Part shown: positions 9,398 through 18,867 of the stretch, piece after piece | Layout of the letters: each line of letters opens with the position of its first letter | Numbering within the stretch: the stretch's first letter is position 1 | Origin: Thermodesulfobacteriota bacterium | GTDB lineage: Bacteria > Desulfobacterota > Deferrisomatia > Deferrisomatales > JACRMM01 | Assembly: GCA_040756475.1 (NCBI GenBank) | Contig: JBFLZB010000003.1 | Span: 3,965 to 67,964, forward strand | Length of the DNA stretch: 64,000 nucleotides | Direction: 5' to 3' | Position numbers and translations under genes: made by a program | The notes under the pieces: model-generated | Told to the model about the DNA's origin: nothing | The model's database searches: none | The model's input: only the letters and a program-made list of their open reading frames with translations

Positions 9398-10384
9398 ATG
9401 CCCGTCGATCGCAACCACCACCTCTACAACACGTCCCTGCGCTCCGACCTCCGGGTACTGGTCACGGGGGGCGCGGGGTTTCTGGGCTCCCACCTGTGCG
9501 AGGCACTCCTGGCCCAGGGACGCGAGGTGATCTGCGCCGACAACTTCTTCACCGGGCGCAAGGCCAACGTCGCGCACCTCCTCGACCACCCCCGCTTCGA
9601 GCTCCTGCGCCACGACGTGACCCACCCCCTCTTCGTGGAGGTGGACCGGATCTACAACCTGGCCTGTCCTGCCAGCCCCGTCCACTACCAGTACAATCCG
9701 GTCAAGACCATCAAGACCAGCGTGCTGGGGGCGATCCACATGCTCGGCCTCGCCAAGCGGGTGCGGGCGCGCATCCTCCAGGCCTCCACGAGCGAGGTGT
9801 ACGGCGACCCGGCGGTCCACCCCCAGCCCGAGACCTACTGGGGCCACGTCAACCCCATCGGGATCCGCAGCTGCTACGACGAGGGCAAGCGATCGGCCGA
9901 GTGCCTCTTCATGGACTACCACCGCCAGAACGGGGTGGACATCCGCATCGCCCGCATCTTCAACACCTACGGCCCCCGCATGCTCCCCAACGACGGCCGG
10001 GTGGTCTCGAACTTCATCGTCCAGGCCCTGCGGGGCGAGCCCCTCACCGTATACGGCACCGGCTCCCAGACCCGCAGCTTCTGCTACGTGGACGACCTGG
10101 TGGACGGCCTCGTACGCCTCATGAACACCGAAGGCCTCACGGGCCCGCTCAACCTCGGCAACCCCTCGGAGTTCACGATCCTGGAGCTCGCCCAGCAGGT
10201 TCGTGAGCTCACCGGCTCCCGCTCCGAGATCCGCTTCCTCCCCCTGCCCTGCGACGACCCGACCCAGCGCCAGCCCGACATTTCCCAGGCGCGGGAAAAG
10301 CTCGACTGGACTCCCAAGGTGCCGTTGGCAGAGGGGCTTCGGAAGACGGTCGTGTACTTCGACGCGCTGTTGACGCAGACCTGA
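9398..10384 (+). CDS. UDP-glucuronate decarboxylase (UDP-xylose synthase)
   Basis: [35 protein letters not shown] and YDEGKR motifs characteristic of UXS-type SDRs. Confidence 0.9.
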   Translation: MPVDRNHHLYNTSLRSDLRVLVTGGAGFLGSHLCEALLAQGREVICADNFFTGRKANVAHLLDHPRFELLRHDVTHPLFVEVDRIYNLACPASPVHYQYNPVKTIKTSVLGAIHMLGLAKRVRARILQASTSEVYGDPAVHPQPETYWGHVNPIGIRSCYDEGKRSAECLFMDYHRQNGVDIRIARIFNTYGPRMLPNDGRVVSNFIVQALRGEPLTVYGTGSQTRSFCYVDDLVDGLVRLMNTEGLTGPLNLGNPSEFTILELAQQVRELTGSRSEIRFLPLPCDDPTQRQPDISQAREKLDWTPKVPLAEGLRKTVVYFDALLTQT

Positions 10385-10433
10385 CCGGGCGCCAACTCTC
10401 CGGCCCCGCCTGCTTCGCTCCAAGGAATCCCCC

Positions 10434-11441
10434 ATGCCCGAAGCCATCCTGGTCGCCGGCGGCGCCGGCTACATCGGAAGCCACGTGGCGAAGCTCCTCG
10501 CCCGGCGGGGCTATCACCCGGTGGTGCTGGACAACCTCGTCTGCGGCCACCGCTGGGCCGCCAGGTGGGGCACCTTCGTCGAGGCAGATCTGGCGGACAA
10601 GGAGGCGGTCCGGGAGGTCCTTCTCGCCCACCGCATCCGGGCGGTCATGCACTTTGCGGCCTACGCGTACGTGGGAGAGTCGGTGCGGGACCCGGGGAAG
10701 TACTACCGGAACAACGTCGCCAACACGCTTTCGCTGCTGGAGGTGATGGCCGAGGTGGAGAGCGAGCACTTCATCTTCTCCTCCTCCTGCGCCACCTACG
10801 GCGAGCCTTCCTCGATTCCCATCGCGGAGGACCACCCCCAGCGGCCCATCAATCCCTACGGGCGCACCAAGCTCGTGGTGGAGCAGATGCTGGCAGACTT
10901 CGAAACGGCCCACGGGCTGCGCCACGTGAACCTGCGCTACTTCAACGCGGCGGGGGCGGACCCGGAGGGAGAGCTGGGGGAAGACCACGACCCGGAAACC
11001 CACCTGATTCCCCTGGTGCTGCAGGTGGCCCTGGGCAAGCGCCCCCACGTCGCCGTGTTCGGCACCGACTACCCCACCCCCGACGGCACCTGCGTGCGCG
11101 ACTACATCCACGTGAGCGACCTCGCCGAGGCCCACGTGCTGGCCCTGGAACACCTGCTCGGCGGGGGCGCCAGCCGCTCCTACAACCTGGGCAACGGCCA
11201 GGGCACCTCGGTGGGCCAGGTCCTGGAAGAGGCCCGGCGGCTCACCGGCCACCCGATCCCGGCCCTGGAGGCGCGCCGTCGCTGGGGAGACCCGGCCTCC
11301 CTCGTGGCCAGCGCCGCGAGGATTCAGGCCGAGCTGGGCTGGAAGCCCCGCTTCCCGGACCTCCCCGCCATCCTCGAGACGGCCTGGCACTGGCACCGGG
11401 GACGGAGAGGTTCGCAGGCCGTCGAAAGACCTCCCAGCTAG
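10434..11441 (+). CDS. galE: UDP-glucose 4-epimerase
   Basis: ILVAGGAGYIGSHV, SSSCATYG, YGRTK and RYFNAAGA motifs. Confidence 0.9.
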   Translation: MPEAILVAGGAGYIGSHVAKLLARRGYHPVVLDNLVCGHRWAARWGTFVEADLADKEAVREVLLAHRIRAVMHFAAYAYVGESVRDPGKYYRNNVANTLSLLEVMAEVESEHFIFSSSCATYGEPSSIPIAEDHPQRPINPYGRTKLVVEQMLADFETAHGLRHVNLRYFNAAGADPEGELGEDHDPETHLIPLVLQVALGKRPHVAVFGTDYPTPDGTCVRDYIHVSDLAEAHVLALEHLLGGGASRSYNLGNGQGTSVGQVLEEARRLTGHPIPALEARRRWGDPASLVASAARIQAELGWKPRFPDLPAILETAWHWHRGRRGSQAVERPPS

Positions 11442-14400
11442 AAGATCGCCACCGCCACGCCCGCGGCGATGGCGATCTGGTAGAGGATCTGGGAGATGTC
11501 CCGGAACTCCTTCAGGTAACTCACCCGCAGGAGTCTTTCCGGAACCAGGACTGTGTCGCCGGGGTAGAGGTCGAGGCTCCGGATGCCGCCCCGCGTCCAC
11601 CAGTTGGTGCCCCCCTCGCCCTCGGAGCTGACCACCGTGCCGTCCGCCCGAACGACGTACATGCGCTTTTCCTCGGCATCGGGGGTCGGGCCGCCGGTAC
11701 GCTGGAGGTAGTAGCCGGCCCGGCGGTTGTCGGGCTCCCAGAGAAGGCTGGTGGGGTTGTACACCTGGCCCACCACGGCCACGGTCTGGGGCCTCTCGGG
11801 CACCGCCAGGGAGTCGCCATCCTCGAGGATCACGTCCCACTCGGTCCCCTCCAGCTCCCGAAGCGGGAGAAGTTGGATCACCACCCGCCCCGAGGCCTGG
11901 ATGCTCACGAGCTTCTGGAGCAGGGCCTGCTGGGAGGCCAGGAAGTGCTGCTGGATGGCTACGTCCTCCGGGCTCAGCGCCGCCTGGACCTCCTGGGAGG
12001 ACGCGCGGAACACGGCTTCCTGGAGGCGGTCCCGCAGCTCGTTCAGGCGCTGCTGCTGCTGGCGGCGGGCGCTCTCCCGGGTGAAGACCGCCCCCCGCAG
12101 GTACGCCTCTGCAGTATACCCCCCGGCCCGCCGCAGGACGCTCGACAGGCGTTCCCCCTTGGCCACGTGATACGCTCCGGGAAACGTGACCTCCCCCTCC
12201 AGGGTGACCTGCCGGGCCCGCTTCCACTCCGGAATCTTCTTGACGAAGAGCCGGTCGTAGGGCTGGAGGGGAAAGTTCGCGGCAGGATCGCCGGCCATGG
12301 CGGCCGCCAGATCGAAGGGGAGGGTTCGGGTTTCCCCCGTCTCTCCGGCCAGGAGCTCGGTGCGCACCACCTCCGCCTCGGCCACGTAGGCCTCCTCGGT
12401 GAGACCGCCGGCGGCGAGCACCAGGTCGCGCACCCTCATGTTGCCGGCGTACGGGTAGTCGCCCGGGCGGTTCACCATGCCGGAGGCGCTGATCCGCTGC
12501 ACCGGGGCGAAGTCGTAGGCCGAGTGGATGACCACGTGGTCCAGGTCCTGGAGCACCAGGTTCGCATCCGGATCCCCGGTGAGGGCACCTCCGAGGTCGA
12601 ACACGTGGATGGTCACCGCCTTGGTGGCGGGATCGGTCCGGTACAGGTGGGCCACGGGAAGATGTGCGTCCTTGGTCAGGCCTCCCGCCTTGAACACCAG
12701 ATCCCGGGCCGTCATCCCTCGCGTGAGCGGGACCGCCAGGGCCACGACCTCCTCCCGCTTGGGGGGCTCCGGCGGCTCCAGGGGCACCTCGGCGACCTGC
12801 GACCCGGGCGCCGTCGCCCCCGGAACGGCGGACAGCCCCGCCCGCTGGCGGGCGAACAGGCCCGAGGGCGTCATCGCCCCGGTTGCCGCGATGGCGCGTC
12901 GCATCGCCTCCGCGTCCGCCCGGTCCGCTTCCTCCGCGGTCTTCTCCGAGGTGATCTTGCGCTCCAGTCGCTCCCGGATGGAGAGCCCCCGGGCCAGCTC
13001 GGCCTCCTCGAAGGGGAGTCTGGCCTTCTCGTCCTGTCGCTCAAGGACCTTTTCCTTGAAGCGGAAGACCTCCCCTTCGACGAGCACGGTGGGTTCCTGC
13101 ACCGCGGACCAGGCCTTGTGCACGATCAGCTCGTCCTCGTCCTGGAGCACGAGATTCTGGACGGGGTCGCCCGACAGGGCCAGCGCCAGGTTCAGGTACA
13201 GGGTTTCGCGGGCGCGGTCGGGAAGGTAGCGCAGCAGCTCGGCACGGCTGAGAAGGGCATCCGGCGCAAGCCCCCCCGCCAAGCGCGCCAGGTCGGCCAC
13301 CCGGCTGCCCTCGGCGATGCGGTACACGCCTGCGTTTCGCAGCTTTCCAGTGGCCCTGGCCCGCAGCGGGGGGCGGAACTGCTCTCGGGGAAATACGTAG
13401 ACCTCGTCCCGGGGCTCGAGGCGCAGGTTGTCTTCCGACCCACGAGAGGAGAGCGCCTCCCCCAGGCGGAACGGAAGCACCGCGGGCATCCGGGCGTCGC
13501 CGCTCTGCCGCAGGACCACCGCGTAGGAGAGATCCACCTCGGGCTTGAGTCGCTCGGCGGGACCGACCAGGTCGGCGGCGCGCATGCCCTCGCGAAAGGT
13601 GTAGGTGCCCGGTTGATAGACGTGGCCGAACAACGAAACCTTATTGGACAGCTCCGGGGACAGGGGGTACACGCGCACGACGTCGCCGTCCAGGAGGATC
13701 AGATCCTGTTCGGGGGCCGCGAGCGAGGCGTCGAGGGTGACGCGGCTTCGGTTCTCCAGGGTGCGCTCCACCCGGACGCGCCCGGCATCCCCGTCGGCGT
13801 CCAGCCCGCCGGCAAGAGCCAGGAGGGCGCGAAGGCCCTCACCTCCGCGCAGCTCGTAGATCGCGGGCCGCCGCACCTTGCCGTGGAGGTGCACGAGCGT
13901 TTGCGCCTTGGGCACCATCACCACGTCCCCGCTCTGGAGCGGCGGCCCCTCGGCTGTCTCCTCGGCCTGGAGAAAGGCGTAGAGGTCGAGGGTACCGACC
14001 GCTCGGCCCCCCCGGCGGTGGGTGACGGCCCGCAGCGACCCCAGGGGTGTGGGCCCGCCTGCCGCCATCAGGGCATGGACGGCCCCGGAGAGGGGGGAGA
14101 GGGTGACGGTCCCCGGGCGTTCCACCTCCCCCACCACGAAGACCTGAACGGCGCGCATCCGGCCCATGGAGACCGCGGCGCTCACCCCCGTGATCGACTC
14201 GGCCCGAGCCTGGAGCAAGGCGCGGGCCTGGGCGTAGGTGAGACCCCCCACGCGCACCGTGCCCACCTTGGGGAACTGGACGCTCCCCTCACCGTCCACC
14301 AGCAGGACGTGCTCCTCGGAGAGCCGCCCCCACAGGCTTACGAGCAACTCGTCGCCGGGACCGAGCCGGTAGCCGTCCGGCGGCGGCATGCCCTCGGGAG

Positions 14401-15214
14401 GAATGAAGGCGTCGGCCGGAGCCTCGAAGAGCTTGCGACCATAGAGCTCGAGCTTTTCTTCCACACGGGCCACCGTCTCGCCCCGCGCGCGGATGCCGGA
14501 CAAGACGTCACGAATCCCGTCCCTCAGCTCGATCCGGGCTGCCTCCAGCGCCTCCCGATGTTCCTCCTCGGTGACTCCCAGCGCCTTGCGTCTCTCCTTG
14601 AGGTGCTTCTCCTCCGAGGTGTCGAGGAAGTCGTCCTCGAGGAAGACGAGCAGGATGGACCGGTAGAGCTCGTTACGCCGGTGCTGTTCCAGAACCCGGT
14701 CCACCAGGCGCTCCCCCTCGGCGTCGGTCATTCCCTGGTCCCGCGCCCGCATGACCAGGAACCGGCGGTCGTCCTCGGAGACCTCCCCTTCCTCGGCCAG
14801 GGCCTGGACCTGCTTCAGGAGGTACGTAAAGCGCTCGGACTCCTGCCGGGTGACCTTCTCGGCGAGCTCGGCCGCCTCCCGGGGCTCGATCTGGAGCTCC
14901 CGGGCCTTGAGCTCCAGGAAGCGCTTCTCGTCGTCGTCGAGAAACCGATCCCGGAAGAGGTCCCGCACCAGGCTCTCGTACACCTTGCGGTTGCTGACCC
15001 GAAGCTCTTCTTCCTCCGTGGGGCGGCGTTCCGCAGAGGGCCGCTCCCGCTGGCTCGGAGCGGCTCGCGGGTCCTGGCCCCGCACCCCGCCGGTACCGAG
15101 AAGCCGCTCCAGGTTCTGGAGTTGGGCAGGGTCGACCCCCGAAGGAACCTGGGCCGCGGCAACACCGGCTGCGAGGACCAAAGCCAGCAGAAGGCAGAAG
15201 AAACGGTGCCGCAT
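11438..15214 (-). CDS. polysaccharide export protein, very large Wza/Poly_export + multiple SLBB-domain type, with signal peptide
   Basis: N-terminal MRHRFFCLLLALVLAAGVAAAQ signal peptide. YRLGPGDELLVSLWG Poly_export motif, followed by many repeats of the ...G.V..PG.Y.......L.DL...AGG SLBB pattern. Hydrophobic C-terminal helix QIAIAAGVAVAIF. Converges on galE with a 4-nt CTAG stop overlap. Confidence 0.8.
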   Translation of the reverse strand: MRHRFFCLLLALVLAAGVAAAQVPSGVDPAQLQNLERLLGTGGVRGQDPRAAPSQRERPSAERRPTEEEELRVSNRKVYESLVRDLFRDRFLDDDEKRFLELKARELQIEPREAAELAEKVTRQESERFTYLLKQVQALAEEGEVSEDDRRFLVMRARDQGMTDAEGERLVDRVLEQHRRNELYRSILLVFLEDDFLDTSEEKHLKERRKALGVTEEEHREALEAARIELRDGIRDVLSGIRARGETVARVEEKLELYGRKLFEAPADAFIPPEGMPPPDGYRLGPGDELLVSLWGRLSEEHVLLVDGEGSVQFPKVGTVRVGGLTYAQARALLQARAESITGVSAAVSMGRMRAVQVFVVGEVERPGTVTLSPLSGAVHALMAAGGPTPLGSLRAVTHRRGGRAVGTLDLYAFLQAEETAEGPPLQSGDVVMVPKAQTLVHLHGKVRRPAIYELRGGEGLRALLALAGGLDADGDAGRVRVERTLENRSRVTLDASLAAPEQDLILLDGDVVRVYPLSPELSNKVSLFGHVYQPGTYTFREGMRAADLVGPAERLKPEVDLSYAVVLRQSGDARMPAVLPFRLGEALSSRGSEDNLRLEPRDEVYVFPREQFRPPLRARATGKLRNAGVYRIAEGSRVADLARLAGGLAPDALLSRAELLRYLPDRARETLYLNLALALSGDPVQNLVLQDEDELIVHKAWSAVQEPTVLVEGEVFRFKEKVLERQDEKARLPFEEAELARGLSIRERLERKITSEKTAEEADRADAEAMRRAIAATGAMTPSGLFARQRAGLSAVPGATAPGSQVAEVPLEPPEPPKREEVVALAVPLTRGMTARDLVFKAGGLTKDAHLPVAHLYRTDPATKAVTIHVFDLGGALTGDPDANLVLQDLDHVVIHSAYDFAPVQRISASGMVNRPGDYPYAGNMRVRDLVLAAGGLTEEAYVAEAEVVRTELLAGETGETRTLPFDLAAAMAGDPAANFPLQPYDRLFVKKIPEWKRARQVTLEGEVTFPGAYHVAKGERLSSVLRRAGGYTAEAYLRGAVFTRESARRQQQQRLNELRDRLQEAVFRASSQEVQAALSPEDVAIQQHFLASQQALLQKLVSIQASGRVVIQLLPLRELEGTEWDVILEDGDSLAVPERPQTVAVVGQVYNPTSLLWEPDNRRAGYYLQRTGGPTPDAEEKRMYVVRADGTVVSSEGEGGTNWWTRGGIRSLDLYPGDTVLVPERLLRVSYLKEFRDISQILYQIAIAAGVAVAIF

Positions 15215-15556
15215 GCGCTACCTCGCAAAGACGGTTTCCAACGGGGTTCCTGCCTCGAAGCCTGTGCCGGGGCGCCCACCGCCGGCTTCGCCCGTCCCGG
15301 TCGAAGCCGGCAGAAGAAACGCAAGCCGGACGCCCGAGCCGGCTCGCCGGCAGTTGCGCAACGCGCCGGCCCGGCAGGAAGTACCGCAAGGACGCGCTGG
15401 GCAAGGAGGGATGGTCGGCCCGCGGGTCCGGGTGGGGAGGGGTTATAGCACGCGGCTGCGAGGGGCGGCAACGGCCCCGGAACCCCTGGAGCCACCCCCC
15501 GGGTGGTAAGCGGGGTACGGGACGCCGGCGCTACCCGACTCCACGTCGGAAGGTCG

Positions 15557-16696
15557 TCAGAACCTCTCCACCAGCTTCTCGATGAGGTAGCTCGACTCGC
15601 GGATGGCCTGGTCGCCGAAGGGGCCGAACCACTCGGAGATGCGCCGGAACTCCCGGACGAAGGCATCCTTGTCCCCGGTCTCGATCATGGCGAGATTCTC
15701 GGCCACGCTCTCCAGGTAGCGGCGCAGGAGCGCCCGGCGCTCGGGCGTGGCGAAGACGATCTCGGCATACAGGCCCGGGTCCTGGGCGAAGAGGCGTCCC
15801 ACCATCCCGAGCTCCAGGCGGTAGATCGGGCTCGAGAAATCCAGGGTCCGGGTCAGGGCCACGCCCTGGCGGCACAGGAACTGCCCGAAGGCAAAAGAAG
15901 CAAAGTGCCGAAGGGCCTGCACCACCGCCATCACCTCGTCGTGCTCCTCGGCGGTGGCCTGCACCAGCACCGCCCCCCAGGCGGCCAACTGCTCGAGAAC
16001 CCAGAGGCAGTCCTCTTCCCGGCGCCCCGGGGTGACCACGACGATCTGCTTGTCCATGGTGGTCGTGGTGGGGCCGAACATGGGGTGGAGCCCCACCACG
16101 GGGCCCGGATGGGCCGCGAGCATGGCGTGCAGCGGCCCGGTCTTCACGCTGGTGATGTCGGCCAGCACGCAATCCGGCGCCAGATGGGGTCCGAGGCGGG
16201 AGGCCGCTTCCGCGGTGGCGTCGATGGGAACGGCCAGGACCGCCAGATCCACCCCCGCCGCCAGCTCACCCGCCCGCTCCCAGTCGTCCCGCTCCAGCAC
16301 CCGCACCTCGTACCCTGCGGTGCGAAACCACCCCTGGAGCCCCCGGCCCATGCTCCCCTGCCCTCCCACCAGGAGCACCGCGGCGCCGGGACGCACGCCG
16401 TGGTATGCCAGGGAACGGGACTGGGCCACCCGGGACGAGCGCAGCAGTCGCCGAAACACGTCCTCCACCAGGTCCGGGTCCAGGCCGGCCGCCTCCCCCT
16501 GCCCCCGCCGCCGCGAGATGAGATCTTCCTCGCGCGCCGGGTGGTAGAGGGGAAGCCCGCGAGCCCTCTTGAGCTCCCCGACCTGCTCCACGACCCGGCG
16601 CCGCTCCGCCAGGAGCTCCACCAGCGCCGCATCCGCGGCGTCGATGCGGCGGCGCAGCGCCTCCAGCTCCTCCCGATCCCGTCCGTCGTCGTTCAT
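15557..16696 (-). CDS. tyrA: bifunctional chorismate mutase / prephenate dehydrogenase
   Basis: N-terminal LRRRIDAADAALVELLAERRRV...R..E chorismate mutase helix, followed by a GGQGSMG NAD fold and a prephenate dehydrogenase core. Confidence 0.85.
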   Translation of the reverse strand: MNDDGRDREELEALRRRIDAADAALVELLAERRRVVEQVGELKRARGLPLYHPAREEDLISRRRGQGEAAGLDPDLVEDVFRRLLRSSRVAQSRSLAYHGVRPGAAVLLVGGQGSMGRGLQGWFRTAGYEVRVLERDDWERAGELAAGVDLAVLAVPIDATAEAASRLGPHLAPDCVLADITSVKTGPLHAMLAAHPGPVVGLHPMFGPTTTTMDKQIVVVTPGRREEDCLWVLEQLAAWGAVLVQATAEEHDEVMAVVQALRHFASFAFGQFLCRQGVALTRTLDFSSPIYRLELGMVGRLFAQDPGLYAEIVFATPERRALLRRYLESVAENLAMIETGDKDAFVREFRRISEWFGPFGDQAIRESSYLIEKLVERF

Positions 16697-16756
16697 TGCA
16701 CCGTGTCCATGGGCGGCAGGAAGAGCAGCCCGTTGCCGAACAGAACGGGCGAGGCC

Positions 16757-16990
16757 TCACCCCCCCGCCACGGGTGGAAAGACGCTCAGGGTATCGCCGT
16801 CGGCCAGGGGCTGCTCCAACGTGGCATGGCGGCCGTTCACGAGGAGGATCTTGGGCTTTTCGAGGGGAACCCGGTAGCGCGCGAGAATCTCGCCCACGGT
16901 GGCGCCCCCGGGTATCTCGGCCGGGTAGGGAACGGGCTCGGGGGGCAGGAAGTCGCGCAGGCCTGCGAAGAACTTGAGGTGAACCACCAT
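16757..16990 (-). CDS. MoaD/ThiS-family ubiquitin-like sulfur carrier
   Basis: 77 aa, MVVHLKFFAGLRDF..., ending in FPPVAGG (C-terminal Gly-Gly). Start at Met5 of the track ORF. Lies directly downstream of aor. Confidence 0.7.
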   Translation of the reverse strand: MVVHLKFFAGLRDFLPPEPVPYPAEIPGGATVGEILARYRVPLEKPKILLVNGRHATLEQPLADGDTLSVFPPVAGG

Positions 16991-17050
16991 GGGGAGCCTC
17001 AATGGAAAAGAGACGGGGGCCCCGGAGGGCCCCCGTAGGCACTGGAATAC

Positions 17051-18802
17051 CTATTTCACAAAATTGAAGACCTGATCGAGCTCTGCGTCGGGCACCGTGA
17101 ACACGGTGTTGTGGGGCGCGAGCTTCTCGGTGCGCATCCAGTCCGGGAGCCGGTCGTGGGCGTTGGTGAAGCCCGCCGCCTGGTTGAACTTGCGCTCCAT
17201 GGAGAGGACCGTCTTTCCCAGCTCCACCACGTCGTCCACCTTGAGCTCGGTGCCGTAGAGGCCGTTGATCATCTCGCAGGCCTGGGGCAGGCCGTCGGGG
17301 TTGTCCAGGAGCGCAAAGGCCACGAAGAGGCAAAGGCCCGTGGAGTCCACCGCCGCCGTGGCGATCTGGAGGTTGCGGGAGAGGTCCACCTGCCCCTCGG
17401 GCTTCAAGGGGTCCACGTAGCCCCCCACCTTGAGGATGTTGGTGGCGATGGCGTACCCGGCGGTGTGATCCGCCCCCTGGGTGGAGGTGGCGTAGGTGAC
17501 GCCGATCCCCTGGATGGCCCGAGGCTCGTAGGCCGGCATGGCCTGACCCTTGACCGTGGGGATGTGGTCCACCCCGAAGCATCGCCCCGTGGTGTCGGTT
17601 CCGCAGCCCAGGATGCGCCCGAGCGGGGTGCCCTTGCGCACCTCCTCCAGGAGCCGGATGGCCGCGCCGGCGTCGCCGAACTTCGCGAGCCCCGCCTCCA
17701 TGGCCACGCCGATGGTGGCCCCCATCTCGATGGTGTCCAGCCCGATGTCGTCGTCCAGGTAGTCCATGCGTGCGATGGCGTCCAGGTCGTCGATGCAGCA
17801 GTTGGTGCCGTGGGCCCAGATGGTCTCGTACTCGGGCCCCTTGGAAATGTAGTGGCCGTCCTTGTCCGCGTAGATCCGCGAGCACTGGATGATGCAACCC
17901 GAGTGGCAGCCATGGGGGAGCTTCCCGTCGCCGCCCCGCTTCACGATCCGGTCGTGCTGCTCCTCGCCCGAGATCTTGGACGCCCCTTCAAAGCTCCCGA
18001 GCCGGAAGTTCTTGGTGGGGAGCCCGCCGGCCTCGTTGATGATGTTCTGGAGCACGTTGGTCCCGTAAGTGGGGAGCCCCTCGCCGGTGACCGCGTGGTC
18101 CTTCAAGATCTTGGCGAACTTGCGGGACGCCTCGCTCAGCCGCGCCTTGTCCTTGGGCTCCTTCATGGACGTGCCGTTGTCGTCGCACACGATGGCCTTG
18201 AGCCGCTTGGAGCCCATGAGCGCCCCCAGCCCGCCGCGGCCCGCGTGGCGGGTGGGCCGCAGCTCCGGGTCGGTGCAGGCAATCGAGGCCGCGGTGAGGC
18301 CCCACTCGCCCGCCATGCCGATGGTGATGTAGCCCATCTTCTTTTCGCCATACTTGGCCGTGAGCTTCTTCACCGCGTCGTAATTGCCGAGCTCCTTGAG
18401 CTCCGGGCTCTCCACCAGGGAGATCCCGTCCTTCTTGAGCACCAGGGTGTAGAGCTTGGCGGGATCTTCGGGCTTGTCCTCGATGACCAGGGCCCGGATG
18501 CCGAGCCGGCCGAGAATCTGCCCGGGCTGCCCGCCTGCATTGGACTCCTTGATCGTCCCGGTCAGCGGGCTCTTGCCCCCCACCGAGATCCGGCCCGACT
18601 GGACCGCCGAGGAGCCGCCCAGGAGCCCCGGAGCGAAGACGAGCTTGTTGGTCGCGCCCAGCGGCGGGCAGGTGGGGGGCACCTCCTGGGAGACGATGGC
18701 CGAGGTCATGGCCCGGCCGCCGAACGCGGCCCACTGGGCGGGTATGGGCTCCTCCGTGATCTTCCGGGTCCTCATGTTGACGCGCACGATCCGGTCTGCC
18801 AT
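17051..18802 (-). CDS. aor: aldehyde:ferredoxin oxidoreductase (tungstopterin AOR family)
   Basis: MADRIVRVNMRT...GGR N-terminus, GLGA.MGSK, the 4Fe-4S ligand region C..HGCHSGCIIQC, and GLD family hallmarks. 583 aa. Confidence 0.9.
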   Translation of the reverse strand: MADRIVRVNMRTRKITEEPIPAQWAAFGGRAMTSAIVSQEVPPTCPPLGATNKLVFAPGLLGGSSAVQSGRISVGGKSPLTGTIKESNAGGQPGQILGRLGIRALVIEDKPEDPAKLYTLVLKKDGISLVESPELKELGNYDAVKKLTAKYGEKKMGYITIGMAGEWGLTAASIACTDPELRPTRHAGRGGLGALMGSKRLKAIVCDDNGTSMKEPKDKARLSEASRKFAKILKDHAVTGEGLPTYGTNVLQNIINEAGGLPTKNFRLGSFEGASKISGEEQHDRIVKRGGDGKLPHGCHSGCIIQCSRIYADKDGHYISKGPEYETIWAHGTNCCIDDLDAIARMDYLDDDIGLDTIEMGATIGVAMEAGLAKFGDAGAAIRLLEEVRKGTPLGRILGCGTDTTGRCFGVDHIPTVKGQAMPAYEPRAIQGIGVTYATSTQGADHTAGYAIATNILKVGGYVDPLKPEGQVDLSRNLQIATAAVDSTGLCLFVAFALLDNPDGLPQACEMINGLYGTELKVDDVVELGKTVLSMERKFNQAAGFTNAHDRLPDWMRTEKLAPHNTVFTVPDAELDQVFNFVK

Positions 18803-18867
18803 CTGATCCTCCTTTTCCCGTGGGAGTGGGGTGACGAAACACCGCGAGATCCGAGGCGCCGTGGAGT

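Noticed and set aside
10565-15448. Very long ORFs in the track: 10565-15448 (+) 1627 aa, 28402-32238 (+) 1278 aa, 35906-39133 (+) 1075 aa, 59696-62965 (+) 1089 aa, 2717-4429 (+), and many R/G/P-rich ORFs of 300-700 aa.
   Set aside because: They run antisense or off-frame to genes with unmistakable family signatures. Their Arg/Gly/Pro/Ala-dominated, low-complexity composition is typical of stop-codon-poor frames in DNA of about 70% G+C.
15442-15471. TTGCCG-N18-TATAAC on the minus strand as the promoter of the exporter gene.
   Set aside because: Both hexamers are imperfect and the site would leave a leader of about 220 nt. It is plausible but not strong enough to report as a feature.
18803-18867. 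A possible hidden or frameshifted LarC2 coding segment between larC and aor.
   Set aside because: Only 65 nt are available. The long overlapping minus-strand ORF (17988-19682) is an off-frame artefact across aor.
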